Shown here: one piece after another, positions 32,225-42,261 of the stretch
How positions within the stretch are numbered: the stretch's first letter is position 1
Layout of the letters: each line of letters starts with the position of its first letter
Origin: Desulfuromonadales bacterium
Lineage (GTDB): Bacteria; Desulfobacterota; Desulfuromonadia; Desulfuromonadales; SZUA-540
Length of the DNA stretch: 64,000 nt
Assembly: GCA_033549025.1 (NCBI GenBank)
Contig: JAWSUS010000002.1
Span: 64,001-128,000 of the forward strand
Direction of reading: 5' to 3'
Made by a program: the position numbers and the translations under genes
Notes under the pieces: generated by a model
Told to the model about the DNA's origin: nothing
The model's input: the letters and a program-made list of their open reading frames with translations, nothing else
Database searches by the model: none

Positions 32225-34624
32225 ATGCCGACACTGACCATCGACAATCTGACCATCATCGTCTCTGAAGGCACCAACGTGCTGCAGGCGGCCGAGCAGC
32301 TGGGCATCGTCATCCCCCACTTCTGCTACCACGCCGCCCTCGGAGCGGTGGGCGCCTGCCGCCTCTGTGCCATGACCTTCGTGGACGGCCCGGTCAAGGG
32401 GGTGCAGATGAGCTGCATGGTCGAGGCCAAAGACGGCATGGTCGTCTCGACCTCGGATGTCCAGGCGCAGGAACAGCGGGCTCACGTCATCGAATGGCTG
32501 ATGATGAATCATCCCCACGACTGCCCGGTGTGCGACGAAGGCGGCCAGTGCCAGCTGCAGGACATGACGATCGCCGGCGGCCACGGCCTGCGCCGCTATG
32601 GCGGCAAAAAAAGAACCTTCCGCAACCAGGATCTCGGACCTTTCGTCATCCAGGAGATGAATCGCTGCATCCAGTGCTACCGCTGCGTGCGGACCTATCA
32701 GGACTATTGCGGCGGCACCGATTTCGGCGTGATGGGCAGTCGCCAGCGCCTCTTCTTCGGCCGCTTCCAGGACGGCTGCCTGGAGAGCCCCTTCTCCGGC
32801 AATCTGGTGGACGTCTGCCCCACCGGCACCTTCACGGATAAAACCTTCCGCTACCGTTCCCGCGTCTGGGACCTGGAGGAGGCGCCCTCCATCTGCCCCC
32901 ACTGCTCCCTGGGCTGCGCCACCCTCCCCGGCGCCCGCTACGGTGAACTGCAGCGTGTGCGAGCCGGCGTCAATCCCCACACCAATGGCTTCTTCCTCTG
33001 CGATCGGGGGCGCTTCGGCTACGGCCATGCCAATCATCCCGAGCGCCGTCGCCGCCCGCGCCTTGGCGGTGCCGAGGTCAGCTGGGAGAAGGCACTCGCC
33101 GCCCTGGAGGACCGTCTCGCCGCCGTCCGCCGCATTCACGGGCCCGACAGCATCCTCTACGTGGGCTCGGCGCGCGCCAGCCTGGAGGCCAACACCCTGT
33201 TCGGCCAATGGGCCGGTAGACAGGGCGGACGCCGCCTTGTCTACGAGGTTCACCCCGAGCGCGACCGGGCCGCCCGTCATACCGCCGCCCTGCTGGGCGA
33301 TCACGCCCGCAGTCTGGCGGATATCCGTCAGGCCGACTTCGTCCTGACGCTGGGCTGCGACCCGATCGGGGAAGGTCCCCTTCTCGCCCTGGCCATCCGG
33401 CAGGCGGTGCGGGCGGGGGGACTGGCCGCCAGCATCGACCCCCGTCCCGTAGACCTCTGCTGTTCAGCCGCTCACTTGCCCATGCCGCCCCAGCGCCTGC
33501 CCGAGGTGCTGGCGGCCCTGCGCACCAGGGATTTTTCCCGATTTGCCCGCCAGGAGGCCAGCTTTCTCGAAGGGATTGCTAGTCGCCTTGAGCGGGCGCA
33601 GCGCCCCGTCATCGCCGCCGGTGCCGATCTGCTTGGCGGTGATGGCGTCCGCGAGTTCTTTCGCACCCTGGCAGCCTTCTCGCCCGCCGATCGTTCCTGC
33701 GGTGCCTTTGTGCTGCTGGGCGGACCCAACAGCTATGGGGGCGCCTTGCTCTCGCAGGGGGAAGATACGTTCGACCACCACCTGAATGCCATGCTTAACG
33801 GCAGCGTCCGGGCCATGGTGTGCCTGGAAACGGATCCTTTCAGCGAATATCCCGATCCGGCCCGGGCGGGGGCGGCCCTCTCGCGCCTGGAGTATCTCGC
33901 CGTTTTCGACTCGCTCCCCACGGTTGCTTCCCGCCATGCCGACCTGCTGCTGCCCACCACGGTAACGGCTGAAGGAGAAGGGATCTTCGTTAACAATGAA
34001 GGGCGGCCTCAAGCCTTTCAGCCGGTGTTCTCGGCCGGCCTTTCCCTGCGGGAGACGGGCCAGGGCAAGCACCCGCCGCGTGAATTCACCGAGCCAGGTG
34101 CGGACGAGCAGCCCCGGCAGGCCTGGGCCATCCTGGCCGATCTTCTGGGACTGAAGGACTCGCTGACGGCCCTGCGCCATCAACTTTCCACCCAGAGTCC
34201 CCTGTTCGCGGCCCTAGCCGAACGTCCAGGGGAACGTCTGTTCTCGCCGGCGGCCGCTGTGGCCGAAAGCACCGCCCAGCCGCCGGAGTGTGTGCCAGAA
34301 AAGGCCCTGACCCTGATACCTGTCGAATCCCTTTTCGGTTCCGAGCTGCTGGCCAGCCTGTCGACGCCTCTGCAGCTCCGAGACACCGACCCCTATGTGC
34401 TGCTCCATACCGATGATGCCAAGGAGCGCGGCTTGCGCGAAGGAGACCGGGTTCGCCTGTCCTCCTCCCTGGGCCATTTCAGCCTGACTCTGCGCCTTTC
34501 TTCCCGGATGGCTCAGGGCGTCGCCTTGGTGCCGCGACGGCGCGGCAGCGGCATCGAGCTGTTGGTACCCGGGGGGCCGCGGCAATATGGCTGGCTGGAA
34601 ACGGAAGCAGGAGGTCAGCCATGA
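32225..34624 (+). CDS. nuoG: NADH-quinone oxidoreductase subunit G
   Basis: IPHFCYH, GACRLC, NHPHDCPVCDEGGQCQLQ, RCIQCYRCVR, CPHCSLGC. Confidence 0.93.
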   Translation: MPTLTIDNLTIIVSEGTNVLQAAEQLGIVIPHFCYHAALGAVGACRLCAMTFVDGPVKGVQMSCMVEAKDGMVVSTSDVQAQEQRAHVIEWLMMNHPHDCPVCDEGGQCQLQDMTIAGGHGLRRYGGKKRTFRNQDLGPFVIQEMNRCIQCYRCVRTYQDYCGGTDFGVMGSRQRLFFGRFQDGCLESPFSGNLVDVCPTGTFTDKTFRYRSRVWDLEEAPSICPHCSLGCATLPGARYGELQRVRAGVNPHTNGFFLCDRGRFGYGHANHPERRRRPRLGGAEVSWEKALAALEDRLAAVRRIHGPDSILYVGSARASLEANTLFGQWAGRQGGRRLVYEVHPERDRAARHTAALLGDHARSLADIRQADFVLTLGCDPIGEGPLLALAIRQAVRAGGLAASIDPRPVDLCCSAAHLPMPPQRLPEVLAALRTRDFSRFARQEASFLEGIASRLERAQRPVIAAGADLLGGDGVREFFRTLAAFSPADRSCGAFVLLGGPNSYGGALLSQGEDTFDHHLNAMLNGSVRAMVCLETDPFSEYPDPARAGAALSRLEYLAVFDSLPTVASRHADLLLPTTVTAEGEGIFVNNEGRPQAFQPVFSAGLSLRETGQGKHPPREFTEPGADEQPRQAWAILADLLGLKDSLTALRHQLSTQSPLFAALAERPGERLFSPAAAVAESTAQPPECVPEKALTLIPVESLFGSELLASLSTPLQLRDTDPYVLLHTDDAKERGLREGDRVRLSSSLGHFSLTLRLSSRMAQGVALVPRRRGSGIELLVPGGPRQYGWLETEAGGQP

Positions 34625-35616
34625 TGGATATGCTGCTGACTCTCGCCCTGATTCTGGTCAAGCTCCTCCTCATCTTTGGCGTCGTTCTAACCCTGGCTGC
34701 CTATCTGGTACTGGCGGAACGCAAGATCCTCGGACGCCTGCAATTGCGTCACGGCCCCAATCGCGTCGGCCCCTTCGGCCTGTTGCAGCCGCTGGCCGAC
34801 GTCATCAAGCTGCTCACGAAGGAAGACACGATTCCGGCCGGCGCCGACCGGCCCATCTTTCTGCTGGCGCCCGGCCTCACGGCCATCACGGCCCTGCTCG
34901 CTTTTGCCGTGGTCCCTTTTTCGCCCCCCATCACCCTTTTCGGCCGCACCATTCCCTTGGTTGTGTGCGATCTGAACATCGGGGTGCTCTACTTTCTCGG
35001 CCTATCGTCCCTGGCGGTCTACGGTGTGGCCCTGGGCGGCTGGGCCTCCAATTCCAAATACGCCCTGCTCGGCTCCATCCGCGGCCTGGCCCAGCTTATT
35101 TCCTACGAACTGTCCATGGGACTGGCCATCGTGCCGGTGGTGCTGGCCACACGCTCCTTCTCCCTCACCGATATCGTCATGGCTCAGGCGAAGCTCCCCT
35201 TCGCCGTGGTGCACCCTTTGGCCTTTCTGATATTCTTTATCAGCATGCTGGCGGAATCGAAGCGGGTTCCCTTCGACCTGCCCGAGGCGGAAGCCGAGCT
35301 GGTGGCCGGATTTCACACGGAATATTCGGGTATGCGTTTCGGCCTCTTTTTTGTCGGCGAATACATCAACATGATCATTCTCAGCGCCATGATCACCGTG
35401 CTTTTTCTGGGTGGCTGGCATGGCCCCCTGCTGCCGCCGCTGGCTTGGTTCGTCGGCAAGGTTCTGTTCGTCTGCTTCCTCTTTATCTGGACCAGGGGCT
35501 CGCTGCCACGGCTGCGCTACGACCAGCTCATGCACTTCGGCTGGAAGGTGCTGGTCCCCCTGGCCCTGCTGAACGTCCTCGTTACCGGAGCGGTACTGCT
35601 CTGGCTGGGAGTCTGA
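34621..35616 (+). CDS. nuoH: NADH-quinone oxidoreductase subunit H
   Basis: ERK, GPNRVGPFGLLQPLAD, PFDLPEAEAEL, PRLRYDQLM. Confidence 0.95.
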   Translation: MMDMLLTLALILVKLLLIFGVVLTLAAYLVLAERKILGRLQLRHGPNRVGPFGLLQPLADVIKLLTKEDTIPAGADRPIFLLAPGLTAITALLAFAVVPFSPPITLFGRTIPLVVCDLNIGVLYFLGLSSLAVYGVALGGWASNSKYALLGSIRGLAQLISYELSMGLAIVPVVLATRSFSLTDIVMAQAKLPFAVVHPLAFLIFFISMLAESKRVPFDLPEAEAELVAGFHTEYSGMRFGLFFVGEYINMIILSAMITVLFLGGWHGPLLPPLAWFVGKVLFVCFLFIWTRGSLPRLRYDQLMHFGWKVLVPLALLNVLVTGAVLLWLGV

Positions 35617-35617
35617 C

Positions 35618-36148
35618 ATGTCCCTCTGGCGCGATATTCAGGGTACCCTGCAGCCCTTCTGGGTCACCCTGCGCAACCTGATGCGCAAACCGGTGACCCG
35701 GCAGTACCCAGAAGAAAAAACCGTTCCGTCTTTCCGCTACCGGGGCCGGCTGGTCCTGACGCGCGATCCCCAGGGTGAGGAGCGCTGCGTCGCCTGCCAT
35801 ATGTGCAGCGCCGCCTGCCCTGTCGACTGCATTTCGATGCAGGCGGCCGAAGCCGAGGATGGCCGCCGCTACGCCGCCTGGTTCCGCATCAACTTCGCCC
35901 GCTGCATCTTCTGCGGCCTCTGCACCGAGGCCTGTCCGACCCTGGCCATCCAGATGACAACGGATTACGAGTTCGGCAAGAGAGATCCGCTGCACTTCGT
36001 CTATGAGAAAGACGACCTGCTCATCGACGACGGCGGCAAGGATCTCCACTATGATTTTTATCGCCATGCCGGCATCGGCGTGGCCAACCCCCGGGGAAAG
36101 AACGCGGACGAATATGGTCCCGTCGACCCCGGCAGCCTGCTGCCCTGA
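35618..36148 (+). CDS. nuoI: NADH-quinone oxidoreductase subunit I
   Basis: Two CxxCxxCxxxCP motifs; TRQYPEE. Confidence 0.94.
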   Translation: MSLWRDIQGTLQPFWVTLRNLMRKPVTRQYPEEKTVPSFRYRGRLVLTRDPQGEERCVACHMCSAACPVDCISMQAAEAEDGRRYAAWFRINFARCIFCGLCTEACPTLAIQMTTDYEFGKRDPLHFVYEKDDLLIDDGGKDLHYDFYRHAGIGVANPRGKNADEYGPVDPGSLLP

Positions 36149-36160
36149 GGTAATCACATC

Positions 36161-36688
36161 ATGGCGACCGCCCTGTTCTACATTTTAGCCCTCACCGCCC
36201 TGGCCGCCACGGGCATGTGCATCACCCGGCGCAATCCCGTGCACGCCGTCCTCTATCTGGTCAACGCCTTTTTCGCCCTGGCCCTGCTCTTTTACCTGCT
36301 CGGCGCCCCTCTGGTGGCCGCCTGGGAGGTCATCATCTACACCGGGGCGATCATGGTTCTTTTTCTTTTCATCATCATGATGCTCGAACTGGCCCCGGAC
36401 CAACCCGGGCAGGGGGCAGGCTGGCGTCGCTGGGGACCGGTCGTGCTGCTCTCTGGCGTGCTGCTAAGCTGCACCCTTCTCTTGCTTGGCCTCGACAGCA
36501 CCGGTTCCGGCGGGGTGCCCCGCTTCTACGCTTCACCACGCACCTTCGGTTACGCCCTGTTCAAGGAGTACGCCCTGGCTGTGGAAATCGTCTCTTTCCA
36601 GTTGCTGTTCGCGGCGGTGGGGGCCTACTACGTAGGACGGGTCGATCGTCGGAAACAGCACCCTGAAGCACGCAGGGAGGACGCATGA
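36161..36688 (+). CDS. nuoJ: NADH-quinone oxidoreductase subunit J
   Basis: NPVHAVLYL, IIYTGAIMVLFLFIIM. Confidence 0.93.
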   Translation: MATALFYILALTALAATGMCITRRNPVHAVLYLVNAFFALALLFYLLGAPLVAAWEVIIYTGAIMVLFLFIIMMLELAPDQPGQGAGWRRWGPVVLLSGVLLSCTLLLLGLDSTGSGGVPRFYASPRTFGYALFKEYALAVEIVSFQLLFAAVGAYYVGRVDRRKQHPEARREDA

Positions 36689-36990
36689 TCGTACCCCTCT
36701 CTCATGTGCTCGGCTTTGCCGTCGCCCTCTTTCTCATGGGGCTCGCCTGCACCCTGGCGCGGCGCAACCTGATTATGATCCTCATCGGCATCGAAATCAT
36801 GCTCAACGCCGCCGGTCTGGCCTTTATCGGGGCGGCGGCCTTCTGGCAACAGGTCGACGGCCAGATTTTTGTAATTTTTCTGATGGCCATGACTTCAGCC
36901 GAAGTCGCCATTTCCCTGGCGATGGTCGTCTACCTGCGTCGTCAGAAGGCCAGCCTCGACGCCGACGCTTATGACGGGATGAAGGGATGA
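36685..36990 (+). CDS. nuoK: NADH-quinone oxidoreductase subunit K
   Basis: RRNLIMILIGIEIMLNA, GQIF, AEVAISLA. Confidence 0.94.
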   Translation: MIVPLSHVLGFAVALFLMGLACTLARRNLIMILIGIEIMLNAAGLAFIGAAAFWQQVDGQIFVIFLMAMTSAEVAISLAMVVYLRRQKASLDADAYDGMKG

Positions 36991-38855
36991 CCCATTCCAT
37001 ATTGCTGCTCATACCCCTGGCGCCGCTCTTGGGGGGGATCCTCAACGTGCTTTTCGGCATGCGCCTGCCACGCCGTCTGAGCGAATTTCTGGCCGTGGCC
37101 GGGGTGGCGGCGAGCGCTCTGCTGACCCTGGCCGCCGGGCCCCTGGCCAGCGGGGCGGGCACCCGGATTACCCTCTTCACCTGGCTGCAGAGCGGCCCCC
37201 TGCAGGTCCCCTTCGAGCTCCTTTTCGATCCGCTTTCTGCCCCCATGGCGCTCATGGTGACCGCTGTTTCTACCCTGATCCACCTGTACGCCATCGGCTA
37301 CATGCAGGGCGAGGAGGGCTATGCCCGCTTTTTCGCCCTCCTCAATCTGTTCGTCTTCGCCATGCTCCTTATCGTGCTGGCCGACAACCTGCTCGTGCTC
37401 TTTCTGGGCTGGGAGGGGGTGGGATTCTGTTCCTACGCACTCATCGGCTTCTGGTATCGGCAGGAGAAGAACGCCAACGCCGGACGCAAGGCCTTTCTCG
37501 TCACCCGCGTCGGCGATGTCTTTCTCGGCATCGCCATCCTCTGGCTGTACGACCTCTTCGGCACTCTCTCCATCAGCACCATCAACAGCCAGGCCGCCGG
37601 ACTCGCCGCCGGCGTCGCCACGCCCCTGGTCGTCCTGCTTCTGCTGGGCGCCTGCGGCAAGTCGGCCCAGCTTCCCCTCATGACCTGGCTCCCCGACGCC
37701 ATGGCCGGCCCCACTCCGGTCTCGGCCCTCATTCATGCCGCCACCATGGTCACCGCCGGCGTCTACCTGCTCTGCCGCCTCTTCCCCCTCGTCAGCCTGT
37801 CAGCTACCGGCATGGCCCTGATCAGCGCCGTCGGTGCCCTGACCGCCTTTTACGCCGCCACCTGCGCCCTGGCCCAGCGGGAGATCAAAAAAGTGCTGGC
37901 CTACTCCACCATGAGTCAGGTCGGCTACATGTTCCTCGGTGTCGGCTCAGGGGCGGTTGCCGGCGCCATGTTCCACCTCTTCACCCATGCCTTTTTCAAA
38001 GCCCTGCTGTTCATGGCGGCGGGCTGTGTCATTCATCTCTGCGCCCAGGAGAACGACATCTTCCGCATGGGGGGTCTGGCCAGAAAAAGCCGGCTGGTCT
38101 TCCTTCTTTTTCTAGCCGGGGCCCTGAGCCTGGCCGGCGCGCCTTTGAGCAGCGGTTTTTTTTCCAAGGACAGCCTGCTCGCCGCCGACTATGCCCGGCA
38201 CACCCCCTTTTATGAGGGACTGTTTGTCCTGGCGGTGTTGACCGCCCTGCTGACGGCTTTTTACACTTTCCGCCTGGTCTATCTCGTCTTTGCCGGGCCA
38301 CCGCGTTTTTCCACTGAGCCGCATACGCTGCCACGCCTGATGACCTGGCCCCTGATTCCTCTCGCGCTGGTGGCCATCGGCGGCGGTCTGATCAACCTGC
38401 CGGAATTCTACGGGGGCCATGCCTGGCTTTCCCATTTTCTCGGTTCTCTGGCCGGCGCCCCTGTTCACATCAGTCACCGGGAAGAAGGATTCATCGCCGC
38501 ACTGGCCGTTATCCTCTTCGCCCTTGGCTGGCTGCTGGCCCGCCATCGCTATCAGGGAGATCTCCCCGCCGAGACGGGCCCGGTCTGGCGGTTTCTCGCG
38601 GCCGGCTGGCAAGCGGATGCTCTCATCCGCAAGGTCGTGCTGGCTCCCTTTGCTTCTCTCGCGCGCTTTTTCTGGCAGGGGACGGATGCCGCTCTCATCG
38701 ATGGCATCCTCCATAGTCTGGCCCGGGGCTGCCAGTTTGGCGGCGATAGGCTGAGAGCCCTGACCAGTGGCCGGCTTTCCCATTACCTCGCCGCAGTGGC
38801 CTGGGGATTGTTGCTGATCATGCTCTTTTTCCTGCTGCAGCTGGCCCAGAGCTAG
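36987..38855 (+). CDS. nuoL: NADH-quinone oxidoreductase subunit L
   Basis: GWEGVG, GKSAQLPL.TWLPDAMAGPTPVSALIHAATMV, THAFFKALLF. Confidence 0.95.
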   Translation: MTHSILLLIPLAPLLGGILNVLFGMRLPRRLSEFLAVAGVAASALLTLAAGPLASGAGTRITLFTWLQSGPLQVPFELLFDPLSAPMALMVTAVSTLIHLYAIGYMQGEEGYARFFALLNLFVFAMLLIVLADNLLVLFLGWEGVGFCSYALIGFWYRQEKNANAGRKAFLVTRVGDVFLGIAILWLYDLFGTLSISTINSQAAGLAAGVATPLVVLLLLGACGKSAQLPLMTWLPDAMAGPTPVSALIHAATMVTAGVYLLCRLFPLVSLSATGMALISAVGALTAFYAATCALAQREIKKVLAYSTMSQVGYMFLGVGSGAVAGAMFHLFTHAFFKALLFMAAGCVIHLCAQENDIFRMGGLARKSRLVFLLFLAGALSLAGAPLSSGFFSKDSLLAADYARHTPFYEGLFVLAVLTALLTAFYTFRLVYLVFAGPPRFSTEPHTLPRLMTWPLIPLALVAIGGGLINLPEFYGGHAWLSHFLGSLAGAPVHISHREEGFIAALAVILFALGWLLARHRYQGDLPAETGPVWRFLAAGWQADALIRKVVLAPFASLARFFWQGTDAALIDGILHSLARGCQFGGDRLRALTSGRLSHYLAAVAWGLLLIMLFFLLQLAQS

Positions 38856-38889
38856 CCTGTTGCTTTAAGCCTTAGCCTGACGGTTTGCC

Positions 38890-40383
38890 ATGGAGACCTC
38901 GTTGCCTTTACTTTCCCTGCTTGTGTGGCTGCCCCTGCTGGGGGCTCTGGCCTGCCTGCTGCTACGCCCTTACGCCGGAGCCGGTCGCTGGACAGCTTTG
39001 GCTGTGACCACCGCCGTTTTCTCCCTTAACCTCTGGGCTTTTGTGGAAAGTCGCGGCCTCGGCGGTTGGCTCTGGCTGGAAGATCATGCCTGGATTCCCC
39101 GCTACGGCATTCGCTACACGCTCGGGATGGACGGTCTTTCCCTGACCCTGACCCTGCTGACCGCCTTTTTACTGGTCATTGCCGTCCTGATTTCCTGGCG
39201 CCTCGACGTCCACACGCATTTCTTCTTCTCACTGCTGCTCTTGATCGAGAGCGGCATCATGGGCGTTTTTCTCGCTCTTGACCTGGTTCTCTTCTATCTC
39301 TTCTGGGAGGTCATGCTCATCCCCATGTTCTTTCTCATTGGTGTCTGGGGGCATGAGCGTCGGCTCTATGCCGCCGTCAAATTCTTTCTCTTTACCCTGG
39401 CGGGCAGCCTGCTCATGCTGCTGGCCATGATCACTCTTTACCTTGTACATGGCGACCAGACCGGTCATTACACCTTCGCGCTGGCCGCCCTGGTTGGCAC
39501 CCAACTCCCGCCGGCCCTTTCCTGGTGGCTCTTCGGGGCCTTTTTCGCCGCCTTTGCCGTCAAGGTGCCCCTTTTTCCCCTGCACACCTGGCTACCTGAC
39601 GCCCACACCGAAGCCCCGACGGCCGGCTCCATCATCCTGGCCGGGGTCCTGCTCAAAACAGGGGTCTATGGGCTGCTGCGTTTCGGCTTCCCCCTCTTTC
39701 CCGAACCGGCCCATACCTGTCTGCCCATGCTGGGCGCCTTGGGCCTGATCGGCATTTTTTACGCCGCCTGGATTGCCTACGCCCAGAACGACGCCAAACG
39801 GCTGATCGCCTATTCCTCCGTCGCGCACATGGGGTTCGTGATTCTCGGGGTGGCGGCCTGGCACACCACGGCTGTGGAAGGGGCGCTGCTGCAGATGGTC
39901 AATCACGGCATCACCACCGGAGCGCTCTTCGCCCTTATCGGCATGATCGACACCCGCGCTCACACCCGCGAAATTAGCAACCTAGGGGGGCTCTGGTCGA
40001 AAGCCCCTGTTCTCGGCGCCTTTTTTCTCTTTTTTGCCCTGGCCTCCCTCGGGTTGCCCGGCCTGAACAACTTTGCCGGTGAGATTCTGATCCTTATCGG
40101 CACCTTTGCTTCCCATCCTCTCTGGGCCGTGCTGGGGCTGGCTGGGGTACTCTTTGCCGCCATTTACATGCTCAGGCTCGTTCAGGGGGTCCTCTGGGGG
40201 CAACCACACAGCCCGCGGGACTGGCCGGATATTTCCTGGCGGGAGACGATTATCCTGGTGCCTCTTGCCCTGCTCGTCCTTTGGCTTGGCCTTTACCCGC
40301 ACCCCTTTCTTGAGGTCTTGAGAGACCCCGTACAACGCCTTTTGCTGGGAACATCGCTGATCGGCTTGGGAGGACTGCCATGA
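38890..40383 (+). CDS. nuoM: NADH-quinone oxidoreductase subunit M
   Basis: FWEVMLIPM, VKVPLFPLHTWLPDAHTEAP, IAYSSVAHMG. Confidence 0.95.
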   Translation: METSLPLLSLLVWLPLLGALACLLLRPYAGAGRWTALAVTTAVFSLNLWAFVESRGLGGWLWLEDHAWIPRYGIRYTLGMDGLSLTLTLLTAFLLVIAVLISWRLDVHTHFFFSLLLLIESGIMGVFLALDLVLFYLFWEVMLIPMFFLIGVWGHERRLYAAVKFFLFTLAGSLLMLLAMITLYLVHGDQTGHYTFALAALVGTQLPPALSWWLFGAFFAAFAVKVPLFPLHTWLPDAHTEAPTAGSIILAGVLLKTGVYGLLRFGFPLFPEPAHTCLPMLGALGLIGIFYAAWIAYAQNDAKRLIAYSSVAHMGFVILGVAAWHTTAVEGALLQMVNHGITTGALFALIGMIDTRAHTREISNLGGLWSKAPVLGAFFLFFALASLGLPGLNNFAGEILILIGTFASHPLWAVLGLAGVLFAAIYMLRLVQGVLWGQPHSPRDWPDISWRETIILVPLALLVLWLGLYPHPFLEVLRDPVQRLLLGTSLIGLGGLP

Positions 40384-41807
40384 CCCTGACGGAACTGCAC
40401 GCCCTGCTCCCGGTTCTGCTGCTGGCAGCCGGCGCCGTGGCCCTGCTGTTGGCCGGAGCCTGGCAAGCGTCCTATGCCACCGCCATGACGTACGGTATCC
40501 TCATCGCGCTGGGGAGCGTCGCCATCGCCCTTTTTTATGAACCGGTCTCTGGTTTGGTGGGGTTCGGACTTTTCACCGTTGACCGTTACAGCCGCTTTTT
40601 CTCCGTTCTCTGGTCTGCTGCCGCGGCTCTCACCCTGCTCATGTCCTTTCGCTACGGGCACAGTCGCTCTTTTTTGGGGGGGGAATATGCCGCCCTGATT
40701 CTCTTTGCCGCTGCCGGCATGATCCTGCTTTCCAGCGCCTCCTCTTTCGTGGGCCTGTTTCTCGGTTTGGAGACCTTCACTCTCGTCTTTTACATCCTCA
40801 TCGCCTTCCACAAAGGCTCATCCTTGGGAGCAGAGGCCGGCCTTAAATATCTGATCATGGGTGGGGTGGCCACCGGCCTGCTGGCTATGGGGATCGCCCT
40901 GATCTATGCCGCCACCGGCACCTTCCATTTCGATCAGGCTGCCTTCATACCGAGCGGCGACCAGGCCCTGCGTCCCCTGCTCCTGGCCGGCTGGGCTCTG
41001 CTGCTGGGTGGACTCGGCTTCAAAACGTCCCTGGTTCCTTTTCACCTCTGGACCCCCGACGTCTACGAGGGGGCGCCCGCGCCGGTGACCGCCCTGCTGG
41101 CCACGGGATCCAAAGGGGCCGTCTTCGCCGCGCTGGTTCTGCTCTTTGCCGGCCGAGATTTGGCTGGCTCGCCGTTAAGCAGCCTCCTGTGGCTGCTGTC
41201 TGCCCTCTCCATGGGAGCCGGCACCCTCTGCGCCCTGCGGCAGGACAGTCTCAAGCGTATGCTCGCTTACTCGTCGATCGTTCATATGGGCTACCTGCTG
41301 CTGGCCCTCCTTGCGGCCGGAAGCCACGGCTCGGGAGCCATCCTTTTCTATCTGGTCGCCTACAGCGGCGCTACCCTCGGCGCCTTCGCCGTGCTGACGG
41401 CCTTATCACCGGCGAACGCCGAGGCGGGTTCCTACGACCATTTCCGCGGCGCCGGGTATCGGCAGCCACTGGCGGCCCTGGTCCTGCTGACCTGCATGCT
41501 TTCGCTGGCCGGCATTCCACCGACGGCCGGCTTCATGGGCAAGTTTTCCATTTTTTACGCCGCCATCGAAGGAGGGTATACAGGTCTCGCCCTCATTGGT
41601 ATACTCAGCTCCCTGATTTCCCTGGCCTATTATCTGCGCCCCGTCATGGTCATGTACATGACGGGCTCTGAAGGAGGCCTGACTGTGACCGGAACGTCCT
41701 GCTCGGCCGCTGAAAAATCCGTACTGGTCATCTGCCTGCTGGGCACTCTGTTGCTGGGGGTCTATCCGGGCCCGCTTTTCGATACCATCGCCCTCGTGCT
41801 GCCGTGA
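40380..41807 (+). CDS. nuoN: NADH-quinone oxidoreductase subunit N
   Basis: EAGLKY, FKTSLVPFHLWTPDVYEGAP, KRMLAYSSIVH, LAGIPPTAGF. Confidence 0.95.
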   Translation: MTLTELHALLPVLLLAAGAVALLLAGAWQASYATAMTYGILIALGSVAIALFYEPVSGLVGFGLFTVDRYSRFFSVLWSAAAALTLLMSFRYGHSRSFLGGEYAALILFAAAGMILLSSASSFVGLFLGLETFTLVFYILIAFHKGSSLGAEAGLKYLIMGGVATGLLAMGIALIYAATGTFHFDQAAFIPSGDQALRPLLLAGWALLLGGLGFKTSLVPFHLWTPDVYEGAPAPVTALLATGSKGAVFAALVLLFAGRDLAGSPLSSLLWLLSALSMGAGTLCALRQDSLKRMLAYSSIVHMGYLLLALLAAGSHGSGAILFYLVAYSGATLGAFAVLTALSPANAEAGSYDHFRGAGYRQPLAALVLLTCMLSLAGIPPTAGFMGKFSIFYAAIEGGYTGLALIGILSSLISLAYYLRPVMVMYMTGSEGGLTVTGTSCSAAEKSVLVICLLGTLLLGVYPGPLFDTIALVLP

Positions 41808-41829
41808 ACCCTGAACCAGGAGAATTTTC

Positions 41830-42228
41830 ATGGATAAACGCATTGCCCAATTCCTCAAGGCTGATACGTTCGCCGTCGCCGGTGCTTCCACCAATCGGGA
41901 CAAATACGGCAACAAGGTCCTGCGCTGCTACCTGCAGAACGGTCGGAAGGCCATCCCCATCAATCCCAGGGCTACTGAAATCGAAGGTGTACCCTGCGTG
42001 CCCTCGGTGGCCGATCTGCCCGCCGGGGTAAAGAGCCTGTCCATCATTACTCCACCGAAAATCACCGAACAGGTGGTCTCTGCCGCCATCGCTCAAGGCA
42101 TCGAAAATATCTGGATGCAGCCTGGAGCCCAGAGTCCCGCCGCCATTGCCCAGTGCGAAGAAAACGGCATCAACGTCATTGCCGATGGCAGCTGCCTGCT
42201 CGTTGTTCTCGGTTTTCGCGATAGCTAA
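41830..42228 (+). CDS. CoA-binding protein (YccU-like)
   Basis: FAVAGASTNRDKYG, IPINP, IWMQPGA. Confidence 0.88.
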   Translation: MDKRIAQFLKADTFAVAGASTNRDKYGNKVLRCYLQNGRKAIPINPRATEIEGVPCVPSVADLPAGVKSLSIITPPKITEQVVSAAIAQGIENIWMQPGAQSPAAIAQCEENGINVIADGSCLLVVLGFRDS

Positions 42229-42261
42229 GCGGGTCTAGGGCTCCTTCTCAAAAAGGCCGTC